From Camelus dromedarius (Eukaryota), in assembly GCF_036321535.1 (NCBI RefSeq), contig NC_087437.1, positions 71,860,001-71,924,000 on the forward strand: a stretch of DNA of 64,000 nt. Direction: 5' to 3'. The first letter of the stretch is position 1. Each line of letters begins with the position of its first letter. This document shows positions 11,874-23,904 of this stretch, in pieces. The position numbers and the translations under genes are program-made. The notes beneath the pieces are model-generated. The model did no database searches. It saw nothing but the letters and a program-made list of their open reading frames with translations, and was not told where the DNA came from.

Positions 11874-12730
11874 TGAGCACCAATTACACACCAGATTCTA
11901 CTCTAGGTACCGGGAAGGCAGTGAGGACCAAAATGAGGTCCCGGTTCTTATGGATCTTTCCTTCTGAGGGGAAAGCAGACAATAGCAGATGAACACATAG
12001 AGATGTGTCAGGAGGTGATAACGTTGAGGAAAAAGACATTAGGTTGATGGGAGTGTGATGTAATCAAGGACAGTCCGGGGAGGGTGGCCACCGAGGCAGA
12101 CACCTGAATGAAGTGGGGCAGCGGGCTGTGCAGATGTGGGGAAGAGCCTTCCAGGCAGAGGGCAAAGCCTCTGAGAAGAGGGGCTGTTCTGCTTGTTGGA
12201 GGAGCAGCCAGGAGGCCACTGTGGGGGTGGAAGCGGGTGAGGGGAGGGGAGGCCACTGACAGAGTGTGGAGTTTTCTCTGAATGAAACAGATGCCATGGG
12301 GAGTTCTGAGCAGGGGAATGATCGCTTCTGGTTTCTCTTTTGGAAGCTAACACTGACTTGTCTACGAAAAGCAGACAAGGCAGGGAGGTCAGGGATGGGT
12401 GGGGCTGGGAGAACATGTAAGAAGCTACTGCCATAGTCCAGGTAAGAAATGCTGATGGAAGAAGAGGGATTCTGGATACATCTTAAAAGTAAAGCCTAAG
12501 AGGGGAGGGTATAGCTTAGCGTTGGAGTGCGTGCTTAGCATGCACAAGGTCTGGGGTCCCATCCCCGGTATCATTAAAACAAACAAACAAACAAACGAAC
12601 GAACAAACATAAACTTAACTGCCTCCCCTCCTCCAAAAAGTAAAGCCTATAGCATTTGCCAATTTAAAATGGAATAGGGGAGAAAGAACAGAGTCAAAGA
12701 TGACTCCCTGGTTTGGTAACTGGTAGAAAG
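11874..12730 (-). mobile_element. L2 LINE remnant, interrupted by a SINE
   Basis: ctgagcacc...ccttccaggcagaggg...gagcaggggaatgatc...gattctggatacatctt...agagtcaaagatgactccctggttt. Confidence 0.65.
12502..12635 (+). mobile_element. Vic-1-type tRNA-derived SINE
   Basis: ggggagggtatagcttagc...gtgcttagcatgcacaaggt...; (AAAC)n linker; 14-bp TSD AAAAGTAAAGCCTA (12485-12498/12636-12649). Confidence 0.9.
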
Positions 12731-12954
12731 TTGAATCAGGGAAGAAGCGGAGGAGAAGGCTGGGTGAGAATTGCCTTCGCAGTGACCAGGCCTGAGGACT
12801 GGTACCTAAGGTGCACCTGGGGCAGGGCCTTGCCCTGCTGTGGGCTCCTCTCTCTCCCCATCTTCTCATTTCTTTATCTCTATAAAGCCTTGTGCAGGTA
12901 CAGCTTCTACCTACTCAGTCTGTTCCTTTTTCCCTTTCTTTCCTTGCCTAATAA

Positions 12955-13140
12955 CAGCCACCTTCTACTCAATGTCCATAACGCATTTCATGTATTTTAT
13001 ACGCAGTATCCTGCTTCCTCTTTGCAACAACACTAAGATACAGGGGTATCAGAATTTAGGTGACTAGCCTGGGGTTATACCCCTGGCAACTGGCAAGCCT
13101 ATGTTCAAACCCAGGCCTGTCTGTTTCCAAAGCCTGCTCT
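12955..13140 (-). mobile_element. MIR remnant
   Basis: ttaggtgactagcctggggttatacccctggcaactggcaagcctatgttcaaacccaggcctgtctgtttccaaagcc. Confidence 0.5.
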
Positions 13141-16100
13141 TAATGAGGAGGCTTTACAATCTCAGGCCTGAAGTGGCCCTAGAAACACTGCTCCCTCCTG
13201 CAGCAACCATCTTCCTCTAACACTTCACCCCCTTTTCTAGTAAGGTTCACTCCAGACTTCTGTTCTCTCAGATGGGATCCCCCAGACACTCCCCAGACTC
13301 CTTTGTTCCTTCCTCTCTCTGGAAGAATGTTAACTAGGATCCTCTTAGCATGAGATCTTTTCTTCTCCCAACTCCTGCCAGAACCTGACACCCTCACTGC
13401 CTTTTCCCACAAGAGAGGGAAAAAAGCAGCTTATGTGGAGAGATCCAGAAAGGTTCTGGCCATGGACCTGAACTGCCTCCAGTCCAGGCCCCTGCCTTTA
13501 GAAAACAAACACAACCACAGAAGCAGAGGCACCCCTTGTGCCCAGACTCTGACCTCTGGTCAGTTCCCTAGAATGTCGTAACTCCTCACTCACCTGGGAG
13601 AGCACAGATGCCAGAGGCCTTGGGCTTTGGAGGTGAGCAGGAACATTATTAATCAAAAGTGTTCCCCTGGGCCACCTGTCTGCGTCCACATGGTGTCCAG
13701 AGAAGTCAGCTTGCAAGAACAGCGAGATAAACGCTCAGAGTCTCCGTGATTTCTTCTTGGTGACTCAACTGGTTGGTCACCTAACTATATCTTAAACCCA
13801 GGTGTCCTGCGTACCACCTCCCACATCCCAACCAAAGCCCAGAACATCCTGGCTTCAAGCTTTCCACGTTTGTTAAAGAAAAACAAGGAACTGAGGGCAA
13901 CTACATGCTCTTTGCAGCCAAATCTCCACGTTCCCCGCAGGCAGCAGGGAGAGGCTGGTTTCGCTCTGCAGGTAATGGCCTGCAGAATTCTTTCTGCTGG
14001 CTGCCTGGCAAGTATTTGCCTGGAAGGTACCATCTCCTGTCAGTTACCTGTCTGTCAAAGTTGCTTCTTCCTTCCCCAGGGTATTTTTTCTGCACAAGCT
14101 GCCACTTCTCCTGACCAGGAAAAGTATCTGCTGGGCAAAACACCTTCACCCCACTAAGGGCCCAGAGGACCGGCCTGATCAGACTTGCAGAGACCTGAGG
14201 AGCAAATGGACTCAGCTGGCAAACTGTGGTGGAAGCAGAGATTCAGACAGCCAATCCAGATGCTGTCCTGGGTGAGAAAAAGGCAGGAGACATGTTCCAA
14301 GAGGAGACCCAGGATGGAGGCAGCTTTCAGCACTGCTTGCAAAGCCGGACACTGGCTGTGCCTCAGAACCTGGCTTCCCTCCGGCTGTGGCTGTGGAGCC
14401 AGGCAAAACCTTCCAGTTGTGGTCCCAGTTTTCAATTCATGTCTCTTAAGGCAAGTCTCATAAAGGCTGCCACCTGCCCCTTCCACTCTGTTAGTTGCAA
14501 AAGAAAGTTCCCCCAAGCTAAGGGGGCTCTGCTTAGGGGGAGGGACTGTCTGGATACTTTTCTTCTCCCCCAAAGCCTGAGTTTTGGAGTCGGCAGCCCT
14601 GCCGTGAAATCTTGGCTCTGTCATTTACCAGCTGTGAGAGCAGAGCAAGTCTCTATAATTATTTAGGCTCCAGCTCCCTTGTCTGCAGAATGGGACCCGA
14701 CTGTCCATCTCCACAGGACTGCTGGGGGACTGCAGGAACAAGGCTCACAGCACGGAGCTTAGGGCCTGGCACACAGCAGGTCTCAGGAAACGGCGGCTCT
14801 CATGCTCCACATCACCGGGAGGACGACAGAGGCAGGCAGTACTGCCTCTCTGGCACTGGGACTCCCAGATCTCAGCCTGCCCTCGGGGTCCACAGCTGGT
14901 CCCCCGAGAGAGAATAATAATTCTCCTCTCCCATGTTGACGGGTACCTGCTGCTGGTATAGGCTCACCCTCCTGAGGGAGACTCGCCCCATCAATGCAAG
15001 ACTTCGTGTGTAAAATCAGAGGAACAGGCATTAACTCCATCACAATACCGCCTTCAGCAACCTGTTCCGTTCTTTTCACCCCCACTCAGGACCTTTGTGG
15101 TGTTTCAGGGACAGGGGATTGGCTGCCAACCTTCTTGTTCCCCTTTGGGCAGGAGAGCTGGGCTCCCCACCCCTCCTCTCTCCCATTGTCGAAGACCACC
15201 CAGCGAAACTTGCTGGCAAGCTGCCACCGGCCAGGCAGGCGCAAGCCGGGCCTGACTGCCCAGCCTCCGTCTCCGCGACAGAAGGCCACAGAGCGACAGG
15301 CACCCGACTGGCGGCTTTCACCTGGAGCTGACGCGGCCTTCTCGACGGCAGGACCACCAACGGCGTCCAGGAAGGGTCGCAGGTGATTGCTTGGAAGGCC
15401 CGGGCGTTGGAAGAGCCATTAGAACCTAACTCTTGGCTATAACACAGCAGATTTTTATGTAACTCGTTCACTACAAGACATCCATTCATAATGACCGAAG
15501 TAAACAGCCGTGAATTTCCATCACTTTCTGTGGTCTCACTTGCAAAAGCGGGCGCTGTGCTGACTGACTACGTGATGAAACCCCACTCACGTGGGCACAG
15601 GCCTGTGAAAGAGGATGAGCTACCGTAACACGCCTGTGGGATGCTAGTCATTAGACAGAAAGCAGAGGGAGAGCCAAGAGGGGGAGATGACTGGTAAAAT
15701 AATTAAGAGCACCCTCCGCTTTCACAGAAAAGTAATAAGCCCAGAACCCCCCAATTTTCCTTTCCAATTAACTGTGACCGATACCTAATAAACGTGCTGG
15801 GATTGTAATGTTAGGTAAGTTCAGACTAGTAAAGGCACTTGGCTGGGACGATTCTGGAAAAACAGTGGCAGGGCCAGAAAAGGTGGGGGAGGGCTCTCTT
15901 CAAGGGTCCAATTCAAGTCCAGCCTGGGGGTGAGGGGCCTCCAAGGCCAGCTGGTCCCACACACCCTCCTCCTCTTACCTGTCGCTCCCATCCTGTGGGA
16001 CAGCTACCTCTTAGCAGCCAAGGAGGTTCCCAGCAACTTTTATTTGTCCCTAAAATAAATGTCTCCTCATCTGCTACTCTGGGGATGACTTCAGGGCCAA

Positions 16101-18825
16101 GCAAACCTACCCTAGACAGTAGAACAAAGGGCAAGTGGAACTGAAAAGTAAAAAGCTGAACTCAGGCATGTGTTTCTAACATTCTCAGCTAAAATCTGAC
16201 ATAGATGAGCAAGAAAAGATCACACATTTCTCCTTCTTCCCCTGAAAGTTACTCAGTACTTGCTTTTAGAAACCGAAGATTCACATTTCTGAGTTTCTGT
16301 ATTCAATGCAGAGATTCCAGTTTTTAACTTTCTTAAAATAATTTTTTAAAATACTCTGTACTTGCAATCTCTTGTCTTAATACTTTAGCCTATTATCCAC
16401 TGAGGAAAAGTAAGTTTTGTGGGAGAAAATAATGAACAATGCACATGGGCAGAGGTCAACGCTTCAGTCCTGCCAGTCCGTCTCTGCCTCTAGCACTTGG
16501 CCTGGGAGACGGGCTCCCCTCCCACCAGAAGCCTTCCTTCGTGACCCTGTCTGAGCACTTTAAGACTGGAGTTTGCACTGCTATGCTCTGCAGTGTCCCC
16601 TCCTTCTGTCAGGGAATGCTGGGCGGCGTGGGCTCTGGTATGGTTCCCAGGCACACAGCGAGCATGCAAAAAAAGTTTGTTGAAAGGATGAAGGCTCCAA
16701 CCTGCACACAAGTCATCACCCTCATCTTATCCAATGCTGTCCAAACTCATGTTGGAGAAGAATAAACATTCCTTTGCCATATTTTCTGCTGCTCAGCTCC
16801 TTCTGTATGATTTTTTATTCAACCCATATTGTGTACTTTCCCGTCACTAACCAGGAGAAGTAGTTGAGACTTTCTTCAACATTTTCTCTGGCAACCAAAT
16901 GAAGTTGACTGTGTATCATTGGCTCTGATCTTTCTCCTCTGATTTCCTCTTACTGCCCAATAATCCTGTCCCAAACATCAAAGGGCGTCTTTGAAGATAA
17001 GGCCAAATTCACCATTAGGAAAAAACTATTTCCTAACTTAATTTCAGAAGATGGAGCGACGCAGAATCCCTCTGGGTTTTGTGAGATAAACACTGCCCGG
17101 TACATCAGATCAGAAGGCATTTGCTGTAATACCATCGATAGTCACATAAACACAGGGCTTTCCTCACCCAAACCTAAGCAGGATTTTCCACAGCTGTCTT
17201 AGACTCCGAATCCACAGTAGATGGTTTGTATCCAACCTGTCGAACAGAACTTGCCTCAGGGAAAGGGGGGTTCAATGGCCACCCCAGGGGAAAGAGGCCA
17301 CCCCAGGCTTTGACTAAAACAGTATCTGAGCAGAACCAGAACCAATCTGTTTCATCCAGATTCCACTCAAAGCCAAACTCTCCCAATAATGAAGGATGAG
17401 AAACACTCTAGCTTCAACTGGCAATAGAAAACCGGAAAACGTAACTGACCCACTAGACCAGAGACAGTAGACTGTGGGCAGAAAGCCTCACCTACTTCTT
17501 CTACTCCATCGCCGAGACCCTCAGGCTGTGTGGATGTTGACAAGACTTCATGGGTCATGGGATGCAGGAAGCTTGTTCTGGGCCTGAGGAAAAAGAAAGT
17601 GTCTCAAACAAAATAAACAAACACTTCTCGAGTATTTGCTTTTTATAAGGTGCATTGCTTAAACCATAGTAATTCCTTATTTAATCCATTTCATAAATAA
17701 GAAAACAGAAAAAAGCAGTTTTTCTAAATCACAGGCTTCCTTAAACCTCCAGTTACCTGGCCCCTTGCTAGACACAAAATGAACAATGGATTAAGGACAA
17801 TGATAACAGTCTGTTGATCTTACAAAACCATTGCCTTTCATCCAGCCTTCCGTTTTCATCAATATTCATTCACCAAGTATCTGTCAGGAACACATTATCA
17901 GCAGGCCTCATACAAAGTAAGGTGTGTTAACTGGAAAGGGGTTTGGTGGGACAAGGCAGCAAGCAAGGAATGAAACCCCCGAAAAATCAAGGCTCAGCTA
18001 ACAGACGGGTCAGGCTGGAGCAGAAGGCACCTAGCCAGGTGATATTATCATGAGGTGAGACAGAGCCACGTGTGAGAGGGCTAAGAAATATAGACTGTAA
18101 ACTTAGATTATTTTTAAGCTGGTTAATGACTTGTTTCTGGGACAGATGGAGGATGGGGGCAGGGGGTGGCTACAGGTAGACAGTGGGGATTCCAGCCATG
18201 CATCACACAACTGTCAAGGGCACGAAGAAGCATGGTGGTGGCAGGAATGGGAAAGATGGTATGAATGGAGGAATAATAAAAGGAAAGGCAGGAAAGCCTG
18301 GGCAAGCTTGGGGAAGGAGTCTAATTTGGCAGGAACAGGGAGGCAGAAATCGATGAGTTCAGTGGATGGAGTCAGTGTAAATGGAGTCCACAGGCAGAGC
18401 CAGGGCTCCAACCCAAGTTTCCTAATCCTCAGGGCTATACCACTTGAGATGGATCCTTTGAGCCTTATTTCCTGATTCCACCTCCCCTTCTCTACCCATT
18501 TCCAACCCTCAGGGCTACAAGGGAGGCAAAAGCCCTATTTAGGAAGGCTTTTTGTAAACATGGATTTCTAGATTAAAAGCACCCATCCTCTTCCATCCCA
18601 CTCTCTGGCCCCAAACATTTGATTTAGCCCCATGAATGGTGAAAATATTACATGCGAAGGCTCTATGTGGACTTAGGTTGTCCCCAGCAACAGTAAAGTG
18701 GTTGGCCATACCTGTTCTCTGTGAGTCTTTGGTCAAAAATGTAGAGATGCTACAGAGCCTCTACCTATATCACAACTATGTGAGAAGTATATATGCACAG
18801 AGATGGACAAAAACACAGCTGTGCT

Positions 18826-19070
18826 AGAAAGAGAGGGAGGGATGAATTTGGAATTGAGGATTAAAAGATACATACTACTATATACAAAATAGATAAATAA
18901 TAAGGAACTACAGTATAGCATAGGGAACTATATTCAATATCTTGTAATAACCTACAATGGAAAAGAATCTGAAAAAGAATACACATATATGTCTAACTGA
19001 ATCACTGTGCTGTACACCTGAAACATTGTAAATCAACTATACTTCAATAACAAAAATAAAAAATTTAAAG
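18826..19070 (+). mobile_element. 5'-truncated artiodactyl-type LINE-1 3' end
   Basis: tatatacaaaatagataaataataagga...gtatagcatagggaactatattcaatatcttgtaataacc...aactgaatcactgtgctgtacacctgaaac; A-rich tail; degenerate TSD acaaaa(a)ca(c)agctgt. Confidence 0.8.
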
Positions 19071-21309
19071 AACAAAACAAGCTGTATTATAATACAGGAA
19101 TGTGGGTGATTTAAAAACATACTACTATTAGTAGATGCTTGTGCAATAAATAAAAATTGGGAGGGGGGTAGTTTGGAGAACTATCCTTCGACTAAGAAAG
19201 CTTATTCTCTTGGGACAAAAAAAAAGCTCCCAGTCTGGGGTCTGATGTACTATAAACGTTTGCTGAACTGAAGTATGGAGATGACAAGAAGTTCCATATG
19301 TTAAAGTAAATAGATTTTTAAAAATGTAACAAATCACTTTCTTTCCACTCCCTTCCCAATTTCCATTCCCTTCCCCCCCCCACTTCTTTTCCCAGATAAC
19401 AAGGAGGCTTGGAGTTTGGAGGAATGAAAGCAAACTCTGAATGTACGGTATCTTTTGATGCCAGGTTAATACTTTCTTATTCAGAGGCCAGAAAGAACTG
19501 GATAGCAATTATTTGCTGCACTTGGGTCTTCGTTGGTTTCTTCCTACTTGTTTAAAAGACATGAAGAGAGAAATCCTTATTCATTAATTGCATCAGTGAC
19601 TTGGCTGAAATCTGAACCCAAACCCCTAGAGTCCCATGGAACACTGTGACCAGTAGGCTCACATCTCACCCTCCATGCTGTTATACCCTGGTGATCCCTG
19701 GGGAAGTCAACTGAATTATTTCATGAGTAAAATCTTCTATTCCTCCTTAGGGTATGGAAACTACAGACAAGAAGAGAGCTAGGAGCCCAAACAATTGAAA
19801 GAACATTTCAAAGAAAGTTAAATCTCTAGACCCAGTTGGAGGATAGAAAGGAACATAAATCACCGTCTTATCAGAAGTTGGCCAGCCAATCAACAGCTAA
19901 GCAGGATCCTCTCTATCCCCTCGCCCTTCCCAGCTGTGGTGAAGGAACCAACCATCCTGGCCTCTATCAACCCCTCTCCCCAGTAGAGCCAACACTGTGG
20001 CTTGGGCACTTTCTCCTGACAGAACATCTCTTGCAGTGCTACTCTCCTGAGACCTCTTGACAGTGGATGAAAGGGACAGTGTCTGACATCTCAATCCTCA
20101 GATTTCATAGGTGTACACAGCCTCCAGCATCCTGAAGGGCCAAACTCTGAGCAATAATTGGAGGCAGGCACCATCAGCAAAGCAGCAACTCTTACCTCTT
20201 TCATTTTCCATACACTCGCTCCAAAAATTCATCCTGCAGAAAATCATAACTCCATTGCTGTTTCCACCCTGTCTCTGTCCCACTGACCCAAGGTGCTTCA
20301 AAATTACCACGGGAAACTTCTGGGTTTCAATTATGAAACCATTAAAAAGTACCAATTATAAGACCTCAGAAACGTTCCTGGGAAACCTGTTACACACCTC
20401 AAAATGGCCAAACTCTTGCCTCATATTCACTTGAGGTAAGGTTCAGAAAACAGGTCACACAGATGTATGGACACCTCACTCGCATCTCAGTCTAAGACAG
20501 TTTTAAGACTGTCATGCTGCCCTTGAGAAAACAGAGATTGATTTATTGGCTGTAACCAAAGGGATGAAAAACCATCACAGAGCTGGGCTGCCTGCTGGGG
20601 GCCCAATTGTGGAATAAGTCAGGAATGTTTGCACATTCAAGAATTTTGAAAATTACACTCATTCGTTGGCCAATGTTGGCAAACTTCTGGGTAACAAAGA
20701 TCTTTGTAACAAACATGATCAGGGTACAGGGTACTTGGAGATGGCACAAGGGCTGGAAACCAAAACCTACTTTTCACTCAGTCCACTCAAAGTGGCAACT
20801 CTGGGGCAAAAACTTAGGCGAACCCATATGAACTTGCTGAGAAGGGATAGGGGAGGGGCAGAACACCCCACCACACCCAGAAAGTGCCTGTTTAGGGCTG
20901 CTGGCATGCGGTTTGGGTATTCTTAGCTCTACTGCCACATCTCTGGAGACACACAACCACCTTTCAAGTAACCCTGCAGGGGAACCCCATCCCCAAAATA
21001 AAAGCAAGCAAAAGTAAGCAAACAAATCCCCAGGACTTCTTAAACTTCTTCTCTATGTCTGCCTGCCCCCCACCCCTCAAAATTTTCCTATCATCCGGAA
21101 GAGCAAACTAACATTGGGCACCTGGAAAGTTAAGCAAGCAGGGCCTTCAAAACTCCAGCAGAAAATTCTGCCTGGGTTTCTCGCCCCTCCCTACAGCCCC
21201 TCCCCACTTGTTCCAGAGGATCACTTCCCCACCTCTCACAGTTACACAAACAAAAACCCCTAGGAGCACAACCCCAGGAGGACGTTGGGCGCGCGAACAC
21301 GCGAACGCG

Positions 21310-21310
<1 letters not shown>

Positions 21311-21368
<58 letters not shown>
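21311..21368. repeat. (AC)29 microsatellite preceded by a CG-rich alternating segment
   Basis: Perfect AC run read directly; gcgcgcgaacacgcgaacgcga immediately 5'. Confidence 0.98.
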
Positions 21369-21370
<2 letters not shown>

Positions 21371-21996
21371 CCTCTCACGGCTTCCCCAACCCACGGACAA
21401 CTCTGGACACCCCACTTCAGCCTTCCACCCTCCAGCGGGGTATGCTCTTCTGGGGCTGCTTCGGTTCCTCATTTTAGTGGGTTTTGTTTGTTTTAACGCC
21501 AAGACGATAAACCCACACCCCCGAAGAGGCCAGATAAGTGTGGGGTGGTTCTGTATATCTGCCCCATGTGGGCTTCTCCCCTACCGCCCGGCGCCCAGAG
21601 CCGGAGACTGGTGTCAACCTTCGGGGGAAGTTTGGGAGGCTGTCCCGGCCCCCTTTCCACCCGGGAAGCTTCCGGGAACGACCGGCCAGACCGCAGGGAA
21701 CGAGATGCGGCGCCCCAGGGCCCGGCGGCGGCAACCCAGTACCCCGCTGCCCTCCTCGCTCCGCTTCCCGGGTGCCCGCGCCCGGCGCGCCCGCCTCGGT
21801 CGCAGCCCCCAGTCCGAGCCCCGCGGGCGGAGCGCTCCGACCCGCTCCCGCCGCCGGCACGTCCCCATCAGCCACTCGCCGGCACTTCCTCGGCATCGCC
21901 CGGCCTGCTGCCGCCTCCCACCTCCTCCCCTCCCCAAACCAACAAATAAACACAACTTTTTATGAAAAGAAAACAAACTTCAGCGACGTGACTCAC

Positions 21997-22426
21997 CTCT
22001 GATGCAGCCGGTTCCTGGGACGGGCGAGCCGGGGCCCTGGGGCCAGCGCGGTGGGCGCGGAGAGAACCGCACAGCCCCGCGCCGCACGGACACACAACCC
22101 GCACTGACACCCGGGGACACACAAAACGGGAGAGTGGCCGCAGCGGGAGCAACAAAGGAGACCGGGACCAAGAAGTGGCCGGCCGGGGAGGGAAGGCGCG
22201 TGCGGGCGCTTGTGGCTGCAGCGGGCGTGAGTGTGTGTGTGTGTGTGTGTGAGTGTGAGTGTGCGTGCGCGCGCGCGCGCGCGGCGGCTGACACCCGCGG
22301 GCCGGGGCTCAGGGTGCCAGCGGCAGGGAGCCGGGCCCGTGGCGGCGGCAGCAGTAGGACAAGGCAGGGGACGCCGCGCCCTGCGCACCCGGTCCCTCCA
22401 TATGGAAGAAGCTTTTTTGGATGACT
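21997..22426 (-). other. Probable non-coding first exon of an unidentified minus-strand gene
   Basis: Strong donor GAG|GTGAGT (actcac at 21991-21996) inside the CpG island; Inr-like start; no ATG-initiated frame reaching the donor; TSS approximate. Confidence 0.65.
22225..22283. repeat. Compound (TG)n-(GC)8 alternating purine-pyrimidine tract
   Basis: gtgtgtgtgtgtgtgtgtgtgagtgtgagtgtgcgtgcgcgcgcgcgcgcgcg read directly. Confidence 0.95.
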
Positions 22427-23198
22427 GAACTCGCAAACAATTCCTTCTTTTGCTTCTCCTGCCTAGGAGCCTCCCATTACCGCGCGAGGCGGAGGAGGGG
22501 GAACAGAGGAGGCGGGGAGGAGGGGGAGGAGCAAAGTGGAGCAAAGAACAAGTCTTGGGAAGGAAGCTGGAAAAAAGTCCCCCCAAACTCAGTTTTTCTT
22601 CTAACACCCATTTCCTTCCTGTTGCGCCTTAGTCCCGCGTTCTCCCCCAACTTCACTTTCCTATACCAAAAGCAAAGTCCTCTGCCTTTCTCCCACATCC
22701 ACGGGCTCCCCTGAACCCTCATTTTCTCTTTAGCTTCACCTCGGACCCTGGCTCTCTCATACGCTATCCTTCCCTCCTTTGCCCTCTCTTCTCCCCAATT
22801 CTTTTTACGATCTCCCCACTCCCATCTTAATAGTCTCCTTTATTCTGCGAACAAACGATTGGATAAATCACTAAAAGTAAACTTTGCTATTAAATATGTC
22901 CCTCCGCCGCCCTAAATGGGGCAGCGGCTGGCGAGAAAATGATAAGGAAACCAGTCTAGGGGAAGCCCAAAGCTACCTCCCCCGACCCACCAGGCTGGTT
23001 GGGGAGGGAGGGTTTGCCGCGTCCTCCGTTGACAGGGCCCTGCCCTGACCTCCATTCATCATCCCCGGATGGAAGCTCGAGGAAAAGGATGAGAAGGGGA
23101 GGGCGAGGGAGGGATATCGGCCACAGAGAAAGTTACCTCCGTGTGCATGTGCGAGTGTTAAGCCCTCCCTTTGGTTTCGGGCAGAAAAACATTCCCAA

Positions 23199-23382
23199 TA
23201 GTGGTTCTCAAACTTAGCTGCAGCAGAATCCCCTGGAGGCTTATTAAAACATAGGTTGCTGGGCCCCACCCTGAGAGTTTCTGATTCAGGAGGGTCTGGG
23301 TGGGCCCAAGAATGTACATACCTAATAAGTTCTCAGGTGATACTGATGCTGTGGGTCCAGGGTCACATTTTAAACACCACTA
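23199..23382. mobile_element. MER5A hAT MITE
   Basis: agtggttctcaaacttagctgcagcagaatcccctggagg...tgctgggccccaccc...gtttctgattcag...caggtgatactgatgctg...accact. Confidence 0.8.
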
Positions 23383-23750
23383 TCCAGGGTATTAAGTCAG
23401 ACATTTGCTGGGTTGGTGGCAAGTTGGGTCCCCTTCTTAATCTGTAGGGACGAAACAGATTGTGAAGGGTTATCCAGTCCCTTCCCTTATATTGCAGCTG
23501 AGGGAACCCAGACCCAGAGGGGTTAAGGCAGGTGTTTGTGCAAAGTGAACCTCGAGTTTGTGCCAAAATGAGAAGCTGCTCAGGTAGGACAAGATGGGGG
23601 TGAGTGAAGGTGTCCCCCCTACCTCCCGTGACAGGACAGTTGCACTCGAAGAGTCAGGAAGCCACTCTGTGACTGTGAGAAAGTCACCTAACCTTTCTGG
23701 GCCTCAATTTTGATTTCTTTGGTTTCTCCTCAGTAAAAATGCATACTTTA

Positions 23751-23904
23751 CACTTATTATATGATTTTAATTAAACCTGAATCAAAAGATGCTTAGAAGG
23801 GAAGCATGAACATCTTTTAATCAGTATGTTGTACTATTTTTTTCTCATGCATTTGGTACTTCTGGCATGAGCTGGTTTCTTTATTGATTCATCTGGTACT
23901 CTCA
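23751..23904. repeat. Diverged ~150-bp direct repeat, copy 1 (copy 2 at 25529-25683)
   Basis: Shared blocks tatatgatt, aaagatg, ttgtact, atgcatttggta, tgattcatctggtact in the same order. Confidence 0.75.

Larger units (their letters stand above)
21580..22530. promoter_or_regulatory. CpG island promoter
   Basis: About 1 kb of very GC- and CpG-dense, transposon-free sequence; GC boxes around 22488-22520; Inr-like TCAGTC on minus strand at about 22426. Confidence 0.9.

Noticed and set aside
12502..12575. tRNA-like A/B-box sequences (also 35620-35695, 59201-59275, 63300-63371)
   Set aside because: They are SINE heads with tails and, in two cases, clear TSDs, not tRNA genes
19587..19595. Perfect C/EBP-ATF element (ATTGCATCA) in intron 1
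   Set aside because: A single 9-mer is not unexpected in 64 kb; no supporting context
21997..22426. Naming the host gene
   Set aside because: No coding exon in the window and I cannot match the 5'UTR with confidence; a BLAST search would settle it
21130..22722. Many long overlapping ORFs (up to 226 aa) in the CpG island
   Set aside because: Expected from GC-rich, stop-poor sequence and dinucleotide repeats (HTHT, CVCV); no recognisable domain
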